A stretch of DNA of 64,000 bases from Faecousia sp. (GTDB lineage Bacteria > Bacillota > Clostridia > Oscillospirales > Oscillospiraceae): contig JAZRZL010000075.1 of NCBI GenBank assembly GCA_045601345.1, positions 11,040 through 75,039 of the forward strand, given 5' to 3'. The notes below the pieces were generated by a model. The model ran no database searches. It saw only the letters and a list, made by a program, of their open reading frames with translations, and was not told the origin of the DNA. Below are positions 1 through 8,535 of the stretch, piece by piece; the stretch's first letter is position 1; each line of letters begins with the position of its first letter. The translations under genes were made by a program, and so were the position numbers.

Positions 1-156
1 GCCGAAGCGCTTGAGCTGACGCTGGAAGGCATCGGTATGCTCCATGGCCGTGCCGGCATAGCTTTCACTGGGGTCAAGGCTTTCCAGAACCTGGGTAAAG
101 CTCTTGCCCGCTTCACGATACATACTTTTTTCAAGACGAAGATTGTCAAATGCCAT
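1..156 (-). CDS. putative phage major capsid protein, N-terminal fragment (continues beyond window start)
   Basis: Not in the ORF track because it is truncated by the window edge. ATG at 154-156 (minus strand), 8 nt after AAGGAGG. Reads MAFDNLRLEKSMYREAGKSFTQVLESLDPSE... with no stop to position 1. It occupies the capsid slot after the protease and DUF2190 genes. Confidence 0.45.
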   Translation of the reverse strand, partial: MAFDNLRLEKSMYREAGKSFTQVLESLDPSESYAGTAMEHTDAFQRQLKRFG

Positions 157-169
157 AATTTGATCCTCC

Positions 170-520
170 TTACAGCAGCAGTGTGACCGTAGTGGCCGTG
201 GTGTTAACATTGGTGACCAGATAGGATTTGCCGGACTGTGCCGTTTTCACGCCGCCGCTGCCATCGGCGACCAGAATCGCATAGCCAACCGAGGGTGCGG
301 TGCTGGTATAGGGCAGGGTCACGAAGCCCGCATACTGCACCGTAGTCAGTGTACCGCGCACACCGCTGATGACACCGCAGAAGGCATCTCCAGCTGCCGC
401 ATTGACCACCGTATCGTTGGCGCTGATCTTACACGGATACCCGGCGGTACCGCTTGCACCCTTTTTTGCGCTCATGCACTGGGCACCAATGCCCTGCATG
501 GAAATGGAATGGTTTGCCAT
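170..520 (-). CDS. DUF2190-like small phage head protein (116 aa, Gly/Ala/Thr-rich)
   Basis: GGAGG RBS. Size, composition and position between the prohead protease and capsid genes fit this family. Family recalled from memory, not searched. Confidence 0.55.
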   Translation of the reverse strand: MANHSISMQGIGAQCMSAKKGASGTAGYPCKISANDTVVNAAAGDAFCGVISGVRGTLTTVQYAGFVTLPYTSTAPSVGYAILVADGSGGVKTAQSGKSYLVTNVNTTATTVTLLL

Positions 521-539
521 AGTGTTTCCTCCTTGAAAA

Positions 540-1388
540 TTAAATCATAAATTCACTGCCAATGCCGGAAGCGTGTTTTTTCCCGGTTGGCAATTGGGTT
601 TTGCAGGAAAATTTCTGCTCACGCAATGTACGAAGGGCAGCATTGAGCGAAAGAAGCTCTTCTTCCTCCAAGGCTTTTGCCATGGTCTGCAAAATAGACC
701 GCTCGGTCTGCACCCCCAAAGATAGTGCCAGCCGCACCGCCTCAGCGCGAAGAGAGGAGAGATACCGTTCTCCCAGTCTTGCCGCCTTTTCCCGAAGCGG
801 GTCATCCTGAGAAAAGCCCTTGAGTACGCCCGCTTCCCTCTGGGCAGGGACAGCCACAAAGGAAAATTCATAGGCATCGTGCGGCGCACACAGAACGCAG
901 TAGCAGATTTCCTCCCCATAGCGCTCTCCCTTGCGGTGGTTACAGCTCCCGTAAGGCTCTCCGCAGATGGAGCACACGCTCTTTTCCATCGCACAGCTCA
1001 CGGAAACCTCCCGATGGATGCCCGCTTCGATGCGGGCAATGAGCGGTTCCGTTTCCTCCCGGCGGAGCATATACGCCCATGCCCGCAGGATAGTCGCTGC
1101 CCCTATGCGCTCGGCCTTTGCATCAAAGATTCTTGCCACCTGTCCCTGCGCTGACCAGACGTGGTCACAGATGCCGGTCTTCCCGATGAACATCTCGGCC
1201 AGAACCGGCAGCGCATCGGTATCAAAGCGCTCAAAATCCCGATCCGGCTGGTCATCACACAGACGCACAGAGAAGCAGTAGACCTGTTCTGCCGCAAGCG
1301 GTGCCTTGCTCTGGAGATTGATTTTTTCCAACTGCTCGGGAGTCGGTGTGCCGCCTGCCGTAACAGCGGCGGATTTCATGGTATTCAT
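540..1388 (-). CDS. phage prohead serine protease with C-terminal scaffold-like helical region
   Basis: ATGA overlap with the portal stop. EFSFVAVPAQREAGV resembles the end of the HK97-type prohead protease domain. Contains a Cys/His cluster insert (CSICG..C.H...C.C..C) and an Ala/Leu/Glu-rich tail. Confidence 0.7.
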   Translation of the reverse strand: MNTMKSAAVTAGGTPTPEQLEKINLQSKAPLAAEQVYCFSVRLCDDQPDRDFERFDTDALPVLAEMFIGKTGICDHVWSAQGQVARIFDAKAERIGAATILRAWAYMLRREETEPLIARIEAGIHREVSVSCAMEKSVCSICGEPYGSCNHRKGERYGEEICYCVLCAPHDAYEFSFVAVPAQREAGVLKGFSQDDPLREKAARLGERYLSSLRAEAVRLALSLGVQTERSILQTMAKALEEEELLSLNAALRTLREQKFSCKTQLPTGKKHASGIGSEFMI

Positions 1389-2518
1389 GTCATTTCACCT
1401 CCCTTCACCTTGGCACGGTAGTAGGCGGCCTGTGCCTCGTCCAGAATATCCTGTAGGCTGATATCCTCCCACAGAATTTCTGCCCTGCCGCCAAAGCCCT
1501 CCAGCGCCAGCCATAGCTCACAAATGCGCTCCAGCACCGGCGTGAGGGTGCGGCGAAGTGCCCACAGCTCGCTTGTGAGCATATCGGCCTGCTGACTGGA
1601 CATCCGTTCGGTCGAAGCCCAGCTCAGTCCCAGCAGGAAGGGGGGCAGCCCGGTGCGGGCAATGAGCTGCTCCAAAATCTGCCGCACGGGGATATCGGAG
1701 TCCAAGATGGGCGCATCTGCGCCAATGGCCTGAATATGGACATCGCCGACCGCTACGAAGTCACGCACCGTGCCATTTTTGGTGTCCTCCATGGCCTGCG
1801 ACCACTGCTGTGCCATCTGATTGGCGCGGTCTGCGGCGGAATAGGCATCCAGCGCATCATTTCCCGGCTTGCATACCACGCTATAGCGAATGTTCCCCGC
1901 CCGCTCCCAGTTGGAGCCGATCGTTGCAAAAATCTTCAGGAGCACATCCGCCAGAAAGGGCATGGAGCGCAGCATACTCACCCCATAGGGATTGGCCGGT
2001 TCCGGGTTCAGCGTGGTGAACAACAGCAGCTCCTGACAGGGCAGAGGCCGAATCTGTCCGTCCTCCCCCTGTACACACAGCGTAAAGTCCAGAGGGCTTT
2101 GTCCCTCCTTGATGTGTACAGCGGAGACATCGCCCCAGCACACCGCCCGCAGGTGTCCATCGTCCACCACCATTTCGCCCACCGCTCTGCCATAGGTCAG
2201 CAGGGAATCAAGATATGCATCCAAAAATGCATGAATGCTCCGCTGTCCCCGGCCACAGGGCACGGTACGCAGGAATTCCTGCAAAGCCGCCTCTGCCGTT
2301 TTGTCCGCGCAGGCTACGGTAAAGCCGCCGGTCAGCCGTACCAGCTTGACAATGGCGGCATCAAGCACAGGAATGGCCTCCCGCATAGCCTGATAGAGCC
2401 GAAGCTCCGGCGTTCCCAGCGGCACAAAGCGGAGAGCACTCTGATAGGGATGTGCCATCGCCGTCCGAATCTGCGTCCTTCCGCTGACCGCCTGTCGTTT
2501 TCGTCTTCCAAAATTCAT
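1385..2518 (-). CDS. phage portal protein
   Basis: Start trimmed to the ATG at 2518 (MNFGRRKR...), preceded by GGAGGTGGAAC. About 378 aa, located between the large terminase and the protease. The upstream part of the 417-aa ORF overlaps the terL 3' end. Confidence 0.7.
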   Translation of the reverse strand: MNFGRRKRQAVSGRTQIRTAMAHPYQSALRFVPLGTPELRLYQAMREAIPVLDAAIVKLVRLTGGFTVACADKTAEAALQEFLRTVPCGRGQRSIHAFLDAYLDSLLTYGRAVGEMVVDDGHLRAVCWGDVSAVHIKEGQSPLDFTLCVQGEDGQIRPLPCQELLLFTTLNPEPANPYGVSMLRSMPFLADVLLKIFATIGSNWERAGNIRYSVVCKPGNDALDAYSAADRANQMAQQWSQAMEDTKNGTVRDFVAVGDVHIQAIGADAPILDSDIPVRQILEQLIARTGLPPFLLGLSWASTERMSSQQADMLTSELWALRRTLTPVLERICELWLALEGFGGRAEILWEDISLQDILDEAQAAYYRAKVKGGEMT

Positions 2519-2540
2519 GTTCCACCTCCAATAATAAGTT

Positions 2541-3803
2541 TCAACATTCTCGTTGTGCGGTGCAGGCCGCAAAGGGGACGGGATCGGTGCCGAGGATCGT
2601 GGTGACAAAATAACGCATATCGTCCATGGCGTGGTCATGCTCCTTTTTCACCTTGTCCTGCCCCTGTGCACTCACATCCCACACATATTCCTCGGTCTCC
2701 CGCAGACAGTCCGGACAGCTATTGCACAGCACAATGCGCCCGGTTTTGAGCATATGAGAGGTGCGCCGAATGCCGGAAAGTACATCATTGTCCCCCTTGC
2801 GCACATTCCAGCCCCGCTGCCGAAGCAGGGTAATAAAGCTGGCCGCCGAGGGATCCACCACTACCGTATAAATTTCCAGCCCTCCGGCAAGTCTCCGAAG
2901 GGCCTTTTCATATTCATCATCGGTCATTTGCCGCTGCTCGCGCCGGGAATCAAAATAAAATTCCCGGATGCGATACCAAACCTCTCCCTTTTTTGCCCAA
3001 AGTCCAAAGGACGCAGGATTCACTGTGCCATAGTCGCATGAGATGCAGTACCGCTCATACGGCTGCTCCGGTGGAGGCGGCGCAAGACCGGGATCGAAGA
3101 AATCGTACACCCGCCCCTCCGCGGCTGCCCATTTGCCAAGCACAAAGCGGCGGTAAAATACACCGGAATAAAGCCTGTGATAGCGCTGCCGAATCTCACT
3201 GGACAGGGAAGGGTTGTCCTCCATGGTAAAATGCAGGTATAAAAGCCTTCGTTCCTCAGCCTTTTGAATCCATTCGGTATAAAACCAGTGGCGCGGTCCC
3301 TCGGGATTGCAGTTGAACCAGAGTCTGGAGCCGGTCACTGAACAGCGGGCGCAGGCCTGCTCCACAAAGCTTCGCGGCATCAGCGCGACCTCATCGAGCA
3401 AAATGCCCGCAAAGGTGATGCCCTGAATGAGGGCACAGGAGCCTTCATCCCGTCCGCCGAATAAGTAGAATTCGTTGCACCGCCCGTGGTAGCTAAGCTC
3501 CACCCGATTTTCCGAGCGCTTCTCCCTTGCCTGAAAGCCCATCGCCTCCAGCCGGGGCAGAAGCTCCGAGAGGACATTCCGCCTGACCGATGCAATGGTT
3601 TTCCCGCATACGCCGAACCGCCGCCCATCGAAAACCGCCATTGCCCAGAGAAAGAACCCCAGCCCCATAGACAGGGTTTTCCCGCTGCGCACCGCGCCAT
3701 CGCAGATGAGCCCCTCATAGCGCGAAAAGCGGCTTCCCGGCATCCACCAGGTCAGCACCAGCTTCTGTTTTTTGGAAAAGCCCTTTAGTTCGTTTCTTCC
3801 CAA
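2541..3803 (-). CDS. phage terminase large subunit (PBSX/XtmB-like)
   Basis: N-terminal KKQKLVL...DGAVRSGKT Walker-A-like segment and a C-terminal nuclease-like region ending HDHAMDDMRY. TTG start at 3803, 7 nt after GGGGAGG. Overlaps the terS end. Confidence 0.85.
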   Translation of the reverse strand: MGRNELKGFSKKQKLVLTWWMPGSRFSRYEGLICDGAVRSGKTLSMGLGFFLWAMAVFDGRRFGVCGKTIASVRRNVLSELLPRLEAMGFQAREKRSENRVELSYHGRCNEFYLFGGRDEGSCALIQGITFAGILLDEVALMPRSFVEQACARCSVTGSRLWFNCNPEGPRHWFYTEWIQKAEERRLLYLHFTMEDNPSLSSEIRQRYHRLYSGVFYRRFVLGKWAAAEGRVYDFFDPGLAPPPPEQPYERYCISCDYGTVNPASFGLWAKKGEVWYRIREFYFDSRREQRQMTDDEYEKALRRLAGGLEIYTVVVDPSAASFITLLRQRGWNVRKGDNDVLSGIRRTSHMLKTGRIVLCNSCPDCLRETEEYVWDVSAQGQDKVKKEHDHAMDDMRYFVTTILGTDPVPFAACTAQREC

Positions 3804-4249
3804 GTCCCGGCCTCCCCGCAGGCACCCTGCATGGCGCGGAAAAAAGCGGCGGCTTCATCCTCGCCACCGCGCTCCAATGCAAGAAGCCGTTCCAGCACCC
3901 GCAAACGATCCATGAGTTTGATTTCCACCGTCCCCTTTTCATTTCGTTTGATTTCCGAAAGCAGAGATAGATCCAGACTGTCCACATCTGGATGCTCCTG
4001 CAAGGCCAGCTTTACGCAGTCGTTGGCTTTTCCAAAGGCCAGCTGCACCATGCGGCGGACGGTGTCCTCCGGGGTGAACAGCTCGGAAAGTCTTTTGCGC
4101 ACCTCCTGAATCTGCTCACGAACCGCACTCTGCTCCAAAAACAGGAGGCCGTCCGTCCTGCCGACGGCCTGTGCCGCACACGCCGCATCCATGCTGTTCA
4201 GATAGCACTGCGCGAACTGCCGCGCCTGTGCCCTTGTCAGCTGCTGCAT
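3785..4249 (-). CDS. phage terminase small subunit (putative)
   Basis: Start trimmed to the ATG at 4249 (MQQLTRAQARQFAQCYL...), downstream of a GGAGG. About 154 aa with an HTH-like N-terminus, immediately upstream of and overlapping terL. Confidence 0.5.
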   Translation of the reverse strand: MQQLTRAQARQFAQCYLNSMDAACAAQAVGRTDGLLFLEQSAVREQIQEVRKRLSELFTPEDTVRRMVQLAFGKANDCVKLALQEHPDVDSLDLSLLSEIKRNEKGTVEIKLMDRLRVLERLLALERGGEDEAAAFFRAMQGACGEAGTWEETN

Positions 4250-4489
4250 TCGCCTCACCCCCTCCCCCGGGCAGTACCCTTTCATCCCTACGCCCAAACG
4301 GCCATTGTTTTCCCGTAAAACAGGCAACATTCTGGAAAACTTTTCTTTTTTTGAAATAGCCCAATAAAACCCGCTGTTATTCGAAGCCTCCTTGCATCTT
4401 TCCGCAGCCTCCCTGACGTGCGGTTTTGCCTGATGTGCGAAACATGAAAAATAAAGCCTTCCCAATGGAGACTTTTTATTTCGTCGTTT

Positions 4490-4506
4490 TGTCAAATTTT
4501 GTCGAA
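4490..4506 (+). promoter_or_regulatory. tandem Spo0A-box-like sites TGTCAAA-ttt-TGTCGAA upstream of spo0A
   Basis: 4500-4506 matches the 0A-box consensus TGTCGAA exactly. A one-mismatch copy lies 3 bp upstream (4490-4496). The pair sits about 120 bp before the spo0A ATG. Confidence 0.4.
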
Positions 4507-4546
4507 CATAATCAAAAACTTTCTGTTGAAAAACATCAATACTCTA

Positions 4547-4575
4547 TTGAAAAACTTCGATAAATATGATAAATT
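4547..4575 (+). promoter_or_regulatory. candidate sigma-A promoter of spo0A
   Basis: TTGAAA (4547-4552), 17-nt spacer ending in TGa, then TAAATT (4570-4575). Confidence 0.35.
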
Positions 4576-4626
4576 TTATTTGACCCTGACAGCGGGAACG
4601 AATTTGATTACGGGAGAGGGAACACA

Positions 4627-5412
4627 ATGGATTTTAATATCAATGTCCTGATTGCCGATGGTAATGAGACATTTTGCGAGCAACTTCGTCAGCGCCTGAC
4701 CATTGCGGAGGGCTATACTGTAGTGGGTATTGCCACCGATGGTCAGCAGGCGGTAGAACTTCTGCGCACGCAGCGAACAGATGTCATGGTGCTGGATCTG
4801 ATGCTGCCCAAGCTGGACGGTCTTTCTGTAATGAAGGCCGCCAGTGAGCTGGAGCATCATCCGGTGTCCGTGGTCATGTCCCCCTTTGTCACCGACTATG
4901 TGGCCGGGATGGCGGCCAGTCTGGGTGCGCAATATTTCATGCTCAAGCCCTGCGAATGCAGCGCAATATTTGAGCGTCTTCAAGAGCTGCGCGGTCAGAC
5001 AACTCCCAATCGGGGTGGCGGCAGCAGAAACCGTTCGGATGTGAATGTGGAGGCCATGGTCACCTCCATCATCCACGAAATTGGTGTGCCTGCCCACATT
5101 AAGGGCTACCAGTACCTACGGGAAGCCATTATGATTGCCGTAGAGGACATGGATGTCATCAACGCCATTACCAAGGTACTCTACCCACAGGTAGCCAAAG
5201 CCTTCCAAACCACCCCTTCCCGGGTAGAACGCGCCATTCGCCATGCCATTGAGGTGGCTTGGGATCGCGGTGATCTGGAAACGCTCCAGCGCTTTTTCGG
5301 CTATACCGTCTCCAATACCAAAGGCAAGCCCACCAATTCAGAGTTCATCGCACTGATCGCTGATAAGCTCCAGCTACAGATTAAAAATATGCAGTCGGTC
5401 AAAATCTCCTAG
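4627..5412 (+). CDS. spo0A: sporulation master regulator Spo0A
   Basis: Receiver domain plus the Spo0A-specific C-terminal signature [15 protein letters not shown]...[15 protein letters not shown]...[21 protein letters not shown]. Confidence 0.93.
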   Translation: MDFNINVLIADGNETFCEQLRQRLTIAEGYTVVGIATDGQQAVELLRTQRTDVMVLDLMLPKLDGLSVMKAASELEHHPVSVVMSPFVTDYVAGMAASLGAQYFMLKPCECSAIFERLQELRGQTTPNRGGGSRNRSDVNVEAMVTSIIHEIGVPAHIKGYQYLREAIMIAVEDMDVINAITKVLYPQVAKAFQTTPSRVERAIRHAIEVAWDRGDLETLQRFFGYTVSNTKGKPTNSEFIALIADKLQLQIKNMQSVKIS

Positions 5413-5482
5413 ATCGGGAGATAACTGGCAGTTTTCACTCAAAAAAAGAAAAATACTAGGAATCACGTGAAAATTATAAAAG

Positions 5483-5527
5483 GCAGCTCTAAAAGTTCAG
5501 CACAAAGTGAGCTGCAAGGGATTTTTT
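5483..5527 (+). terminator. rho-independent terminator after spo0A
   Basis: GCAGCTC...GAGCTGC stem followed by a T6 run. Confidence 0.45.
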
Positions 5528-5545
5528 CGTCAGACGCAACAAAAA

Positions 5546-5600
5546 GGAGCTGTCTCAAAATGCGAAAACGGCATTTTGATACTGCTCCTTGTCCTTTTTT
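5546..5600. terminator. bidirectional hairpin between the convergent genes
   Basis: GGAGCTGTCTCAAAATGC / GCATTTTGATACTGCTCC imperfect stem, flanked by an A run upstream and a T run downstream. Confidence 0.4.
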
Positions 5601-7024
5601 CAGTTGTCTTGCGCTAACCTTGTCACATTGGTCTGTCTGCGAACTCTGTTATCCTTATTATAAAGCTTGGCGGCGGATTTCTCATTACGTGTCTTTCCGC
5701 ACAGGACACATACACAATGGCCGCCGGAAACCAGCCATTTGTGATCTGCATCTGGAATCGCGCTGACGTGTACAATACCTCCGCAGTCCTTACAGACACA
5801 AATGCCCTGCCCCTCCAGCGTACAGACGGGCAGCCCATCCTCGGTCACATAGTCGTGACCCTTTGCCGGATTTGTGGCAACCTGACGGATTTCGTAGCAT
5901 TCACAGCACTGCTCTGTGCGATAGCCATCCTCGGCACAGGTTGGTTCATATTCATACATCGTCACAAAGAGATGTCCCTCTGCCGCGCTGCACGGGTTCC
6001 GCTGGGCTTCCAGAAGCTCCTGCGCTGTGACCTGAAGGTTGGCACTGGTGCCGTTGCCGGATTCATCGGATACGGTGGCCGTAATATAGTAGCAGTCGGA
6101 CTTTGTATCAAAATAGGTGATGGGTACGCGCAGAATCCACTTCTCATCCTCATGCAGGGCATAGCCTGCCCATTCCTTATCGGTCTCCACATCGGAGTTG
6201 ACTGCTACGCGCACATCGGCAATGCCCTTATCGTCGGTGGTCTCCAGCTCCACGGCGAACGCACCGTTATTGAGACAGCGCACAGAGGAGGCCTGAATTT
6301 CCGGGGGCTGCAAATCGAGATTGATTGGCAAAATGAAGGTCGATGTACTGCCGATGCGGTTCCAATCCAGACTGGTGCAGTATTCATATGTCCAATTGCG
6401 GCGGCTATGGTAATTGCCGGTTGCCTGCAAGAGCGCAGTATGAAATTCCTCCAGAGAGTCGATGGTGGACTTCCCCAGCATGGATTTGACCTGCCGTACC
6501 AGACTAGCCGCGCCGCCGGAGCCGTACTGATTTTCCAAATCGCAGTAATACACCAGCGCCTCCGGGGTCTGAATGCCCAAATTCCGGCCGCGGTTCATGT
6601 AGGAGAGAATATCCTGCCGACCCGTGGCATCCTGCACCGCCATGGCCATCTCCGTCCCCAAAAGGGCACTGATGCTTGCACCCTCTGCCGGATTTAACAC
6701 GCGGGAATTCCACGCATTGCGGGAAGCACCGACAATTTCATAATAAAGGCTCTCGCCCAGAAGATGATAGGCGGTCGCGGAATCCATGGACACAATATTT
6801 TTCAATAAATCCAGCGCACGTGCCGCGTGCCACTGGAGCTTGCCGATGGAAAGCGCACCGTTATCATTGCGGTTTACCGAATCGTATGTACCCTCCTTGC
6901 AGCGGAAGACCACCAGAATGGCCTCAACAATATTATCATCTGTAATCATATCCGCCCGCACGGGCATCTGGCATCCAATGCACAGCGCCACCGCCAAAAG
7001 CAGGGCAATCAGTCGTTTTTTCAT
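5600..7024 (-). CDS. secreted lysozyme-like (transglycosylase/chitosanase-fold) protein with Ig-like and Cys-rich C-terminal repeats
   Basis: Start trimmed to the ATG at 7024 (MKKRLIALLLAVALCIGCQ signal peptide). The EGTYDSVNRNDNGALSIGKLQWH segment resembles the lysozyme-like family. The C-terminus carries GH..C..EG..C..CG repeats. Confidence 0.45.
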   Translation of the reverse strand: MKKRLIALLLAVALCIGCQMPVRADMITDDNIVEAILVVFRCKEGTYDSVNRNDNGALSIGKLQWHAARALDLLKNIVSMDSATAYHLLGESLYYEIVGASRNAWNSRVLNPAEGASISALLGTEMAMAVQDATGRQDILSYMNRGRNLGIQTPEALVYYCDLENQYGSGGAASLVRQVKSMLGKSTIDSLEEFHTALLQATGNYHSRRNWTYEYCTSLDWNRIGSTSTFILPINLDLQPPEIQASSVRCLNNGAFAVELETTDDKGIADVRVAVNSDVETDKEWAGYALHEDEKWILRVPITYFDTKSDCYYITATVSDESGNGTSANLQVTAQELLEAQRNPCSAAEGHLFVTMYEYEPTCAEDGYRTEQCCECYEIRQVATNPAKGHDYVTEDGLPVCTLEGQGICVCKDCGGIVHVSAIPDADHKWLVSGGHCVCVLCGKTRNEKSAAKLYNKDNRVRRQTNVTRLAQDN

Positions 7025-7048
7025 GGCATTTAACCTCTGTCTTACCAC

Positions 7049-7486
7049 TCACTGTATTGCGTGAATGATCTCAAGCTTTAATTCTTCATCCATATCGTAG
7101 GTTCCATCCATAACCGCTATTATAATACGGTGGAGTAAATCCTTCTTAATTTTTCCTGCGGCTACCTGATAGCTGATATTTTCCATGACGGTAAAAAATG
7201 ATTTTGCAATTGCCATATAACCGTTAAACAGCAGAAATTGTGCGCTCAAGGTTATGGCCAGCCGTTTGTTTCCATCAGCAAAACAGTGAAATTCGCAGAC
7301 GCAGAAGAACAGGTGCGTCAATTTATCCTCAAAGGTCGGATAGTAATCATCGTTTTGGATGTTTTGCAGGACACTATCCAATCGACCCAAATCGAACTGT
7401 TCATAAGTACCACCACCGCTGTATTCGATGGTTTTTGCGTGAATTGCTTTAGCCTGATCAAGCGTGAGGTAAATGATACCATCCAT
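7049..7486 (-). CDS. doc: Doc (death-on-curing) family toxin, Fic fold
   Basis: HCFADGNKRLA matches the Doc-type motif HxFx(D/N)(A/G)NKR. 145 aa. Confidence 0.8.
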   Translation of the reverse strand: MDGIIYLTLDQAKAIHAKTIEYSGGGTYEQFDLGRLDSVLQNIQNDDYYPTFEDKLTHLFFCVCEFHCFADGNKRLAITLSAQFLLFNGYMAIAKSFFTVMENISYQVAAGKIKKDLLHRIIIAVMDGTYDMDEELKLEIIHAIQ

Positions 7487-7487
7487 A

Positions 7488-8507
7488 TTACTCGCGCTCC
7501 TTAAGCCGCTTCAAAACATCCCTGTTTTCTTCCATCAGCCTTTCAAGCTCATCGCCTGCAGCGCCAAGGAATTTCTGATATTCATCCTTTTCCAGCGGGC
7601 GAATATATTCGGACAATTGATAATGGAAAGCATCTCGCAGTGCCATATCCCGGCTTGCCATTTTTACTCTGCCCCGTTGTATCAGCGGCTTCCACAAGGC
7701 CATATTTTCAAATTTGTGAAAAAGCTCTTCCGCCTCTGCAATTGACAAAATATGTCCGATTTTTTCACATTCTGTTTTGATTGCATCTGCCAGTCCGCTT
7801 TCGTATGCGGCAATAATGTCAAGTATTTCGCTGTAAAATGTATCACGAACCTTATCCGTTGCCTTTAAATCGAGAATCTTTTTATATTCTTTTGCTTTTT
7901 CATGGAAGATACTGACATAAATCATGTCCGTAAAATGGGCATACTTGTAGTGGTTTTCGACCACACAATCCCGTAACGCATCCGTGAACTGCCTGCGATA
8001 ATTATTCTCCTGTATAGAGGCGAAAACAAAATCCTTGTCCCGCTGATTGATGTATTTTGTACTGCCGCCGGTTTTTCGGTTGATCAGGTCAATCACGATA
8101 TCCAGCATCATTTGACGCAGGGCACGTGCTTTTTCGCTTTCCGCAAGAAGCATGGCCATATTCAGGAACGATCTGAAATCAAAAACACTTATGGATCGGA
8201 TTTTGTGAGCGACATTTATGTCGGTCGCAAATGCTGCATCATATGCAGCAATAAAAGACTGCAAATTTTTTCCCTTGAGCAATTCATATCCATTAGCTTT
8301 CAATTCATCAGAATAAGCACTGATATATCGTTCAACAGTTCGAATATCTACGTCAAAATATGCTGCAAGCATTTCTTTCGTAAGGTAAAACTTCTCATTC
8401 CAGAAAACTGCCTTAACCTCAACTGTATTTTGAAGCTCTTCCACAGCAAGCTCGTTATTCAGAATGTTCTGCCTGTCAAGGCGGGATACCGTCAAGTCTT
8501 TTGCCAT
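7488..8507 (-). CDS. HTH-containing protein, putative atypically long cognate partner/antitoxin of Doc
   Basis: Its TAA stop is 1 nt from the doc ATG (TAA-T-ATG). HTH-like LTKEMLAAYFDVDIRTVERYI near the N-terminus. At 339 aa it is far longer than Phd-type antitoxins. Confidence 0.4.
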   Translation of the reverse strand: MAKDLTVSRLDRQNILNNELAVEELQNTVEVKAVFWNEKFYLTKEMLAAYFDVDIRTVERYISAYSDELKANGYELLKGKNLQSFIAAYDAAFATDINVAHKIRSISVFDFRSFLNMAMLLAESEKARALRQMMLDIVIDLINRKTGGSTKYINQRDKDFVFASIQENNYRRQFTDALRDCVVENHYKYAHFTDMIYVSIFHEKAKEYKKILDLKATDKVRDTFYSEILDIIAAYESGLADAIKTECEKIGHILSIAEAEELFHKFENMALWKPLIQRGRVKMASRDMALRDAFHYQLSEYIRPLEKDEYQKFLGAAGDELERLMEENRDVLKRLKERE

Positions 8508-8535
8508 AGTGTACTATCTCCCTGTTTTAATTTCC

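Noticed and set aside
3785-4495. 236-aa version of the small terminase ORF
   Set aside because: The first 82 codons have non-protein-like composition and no RBS. The ATG at 4249 follows a GGAGG and gives a typical TerS of about 154 aa. I cannot fully exclude the longer form.
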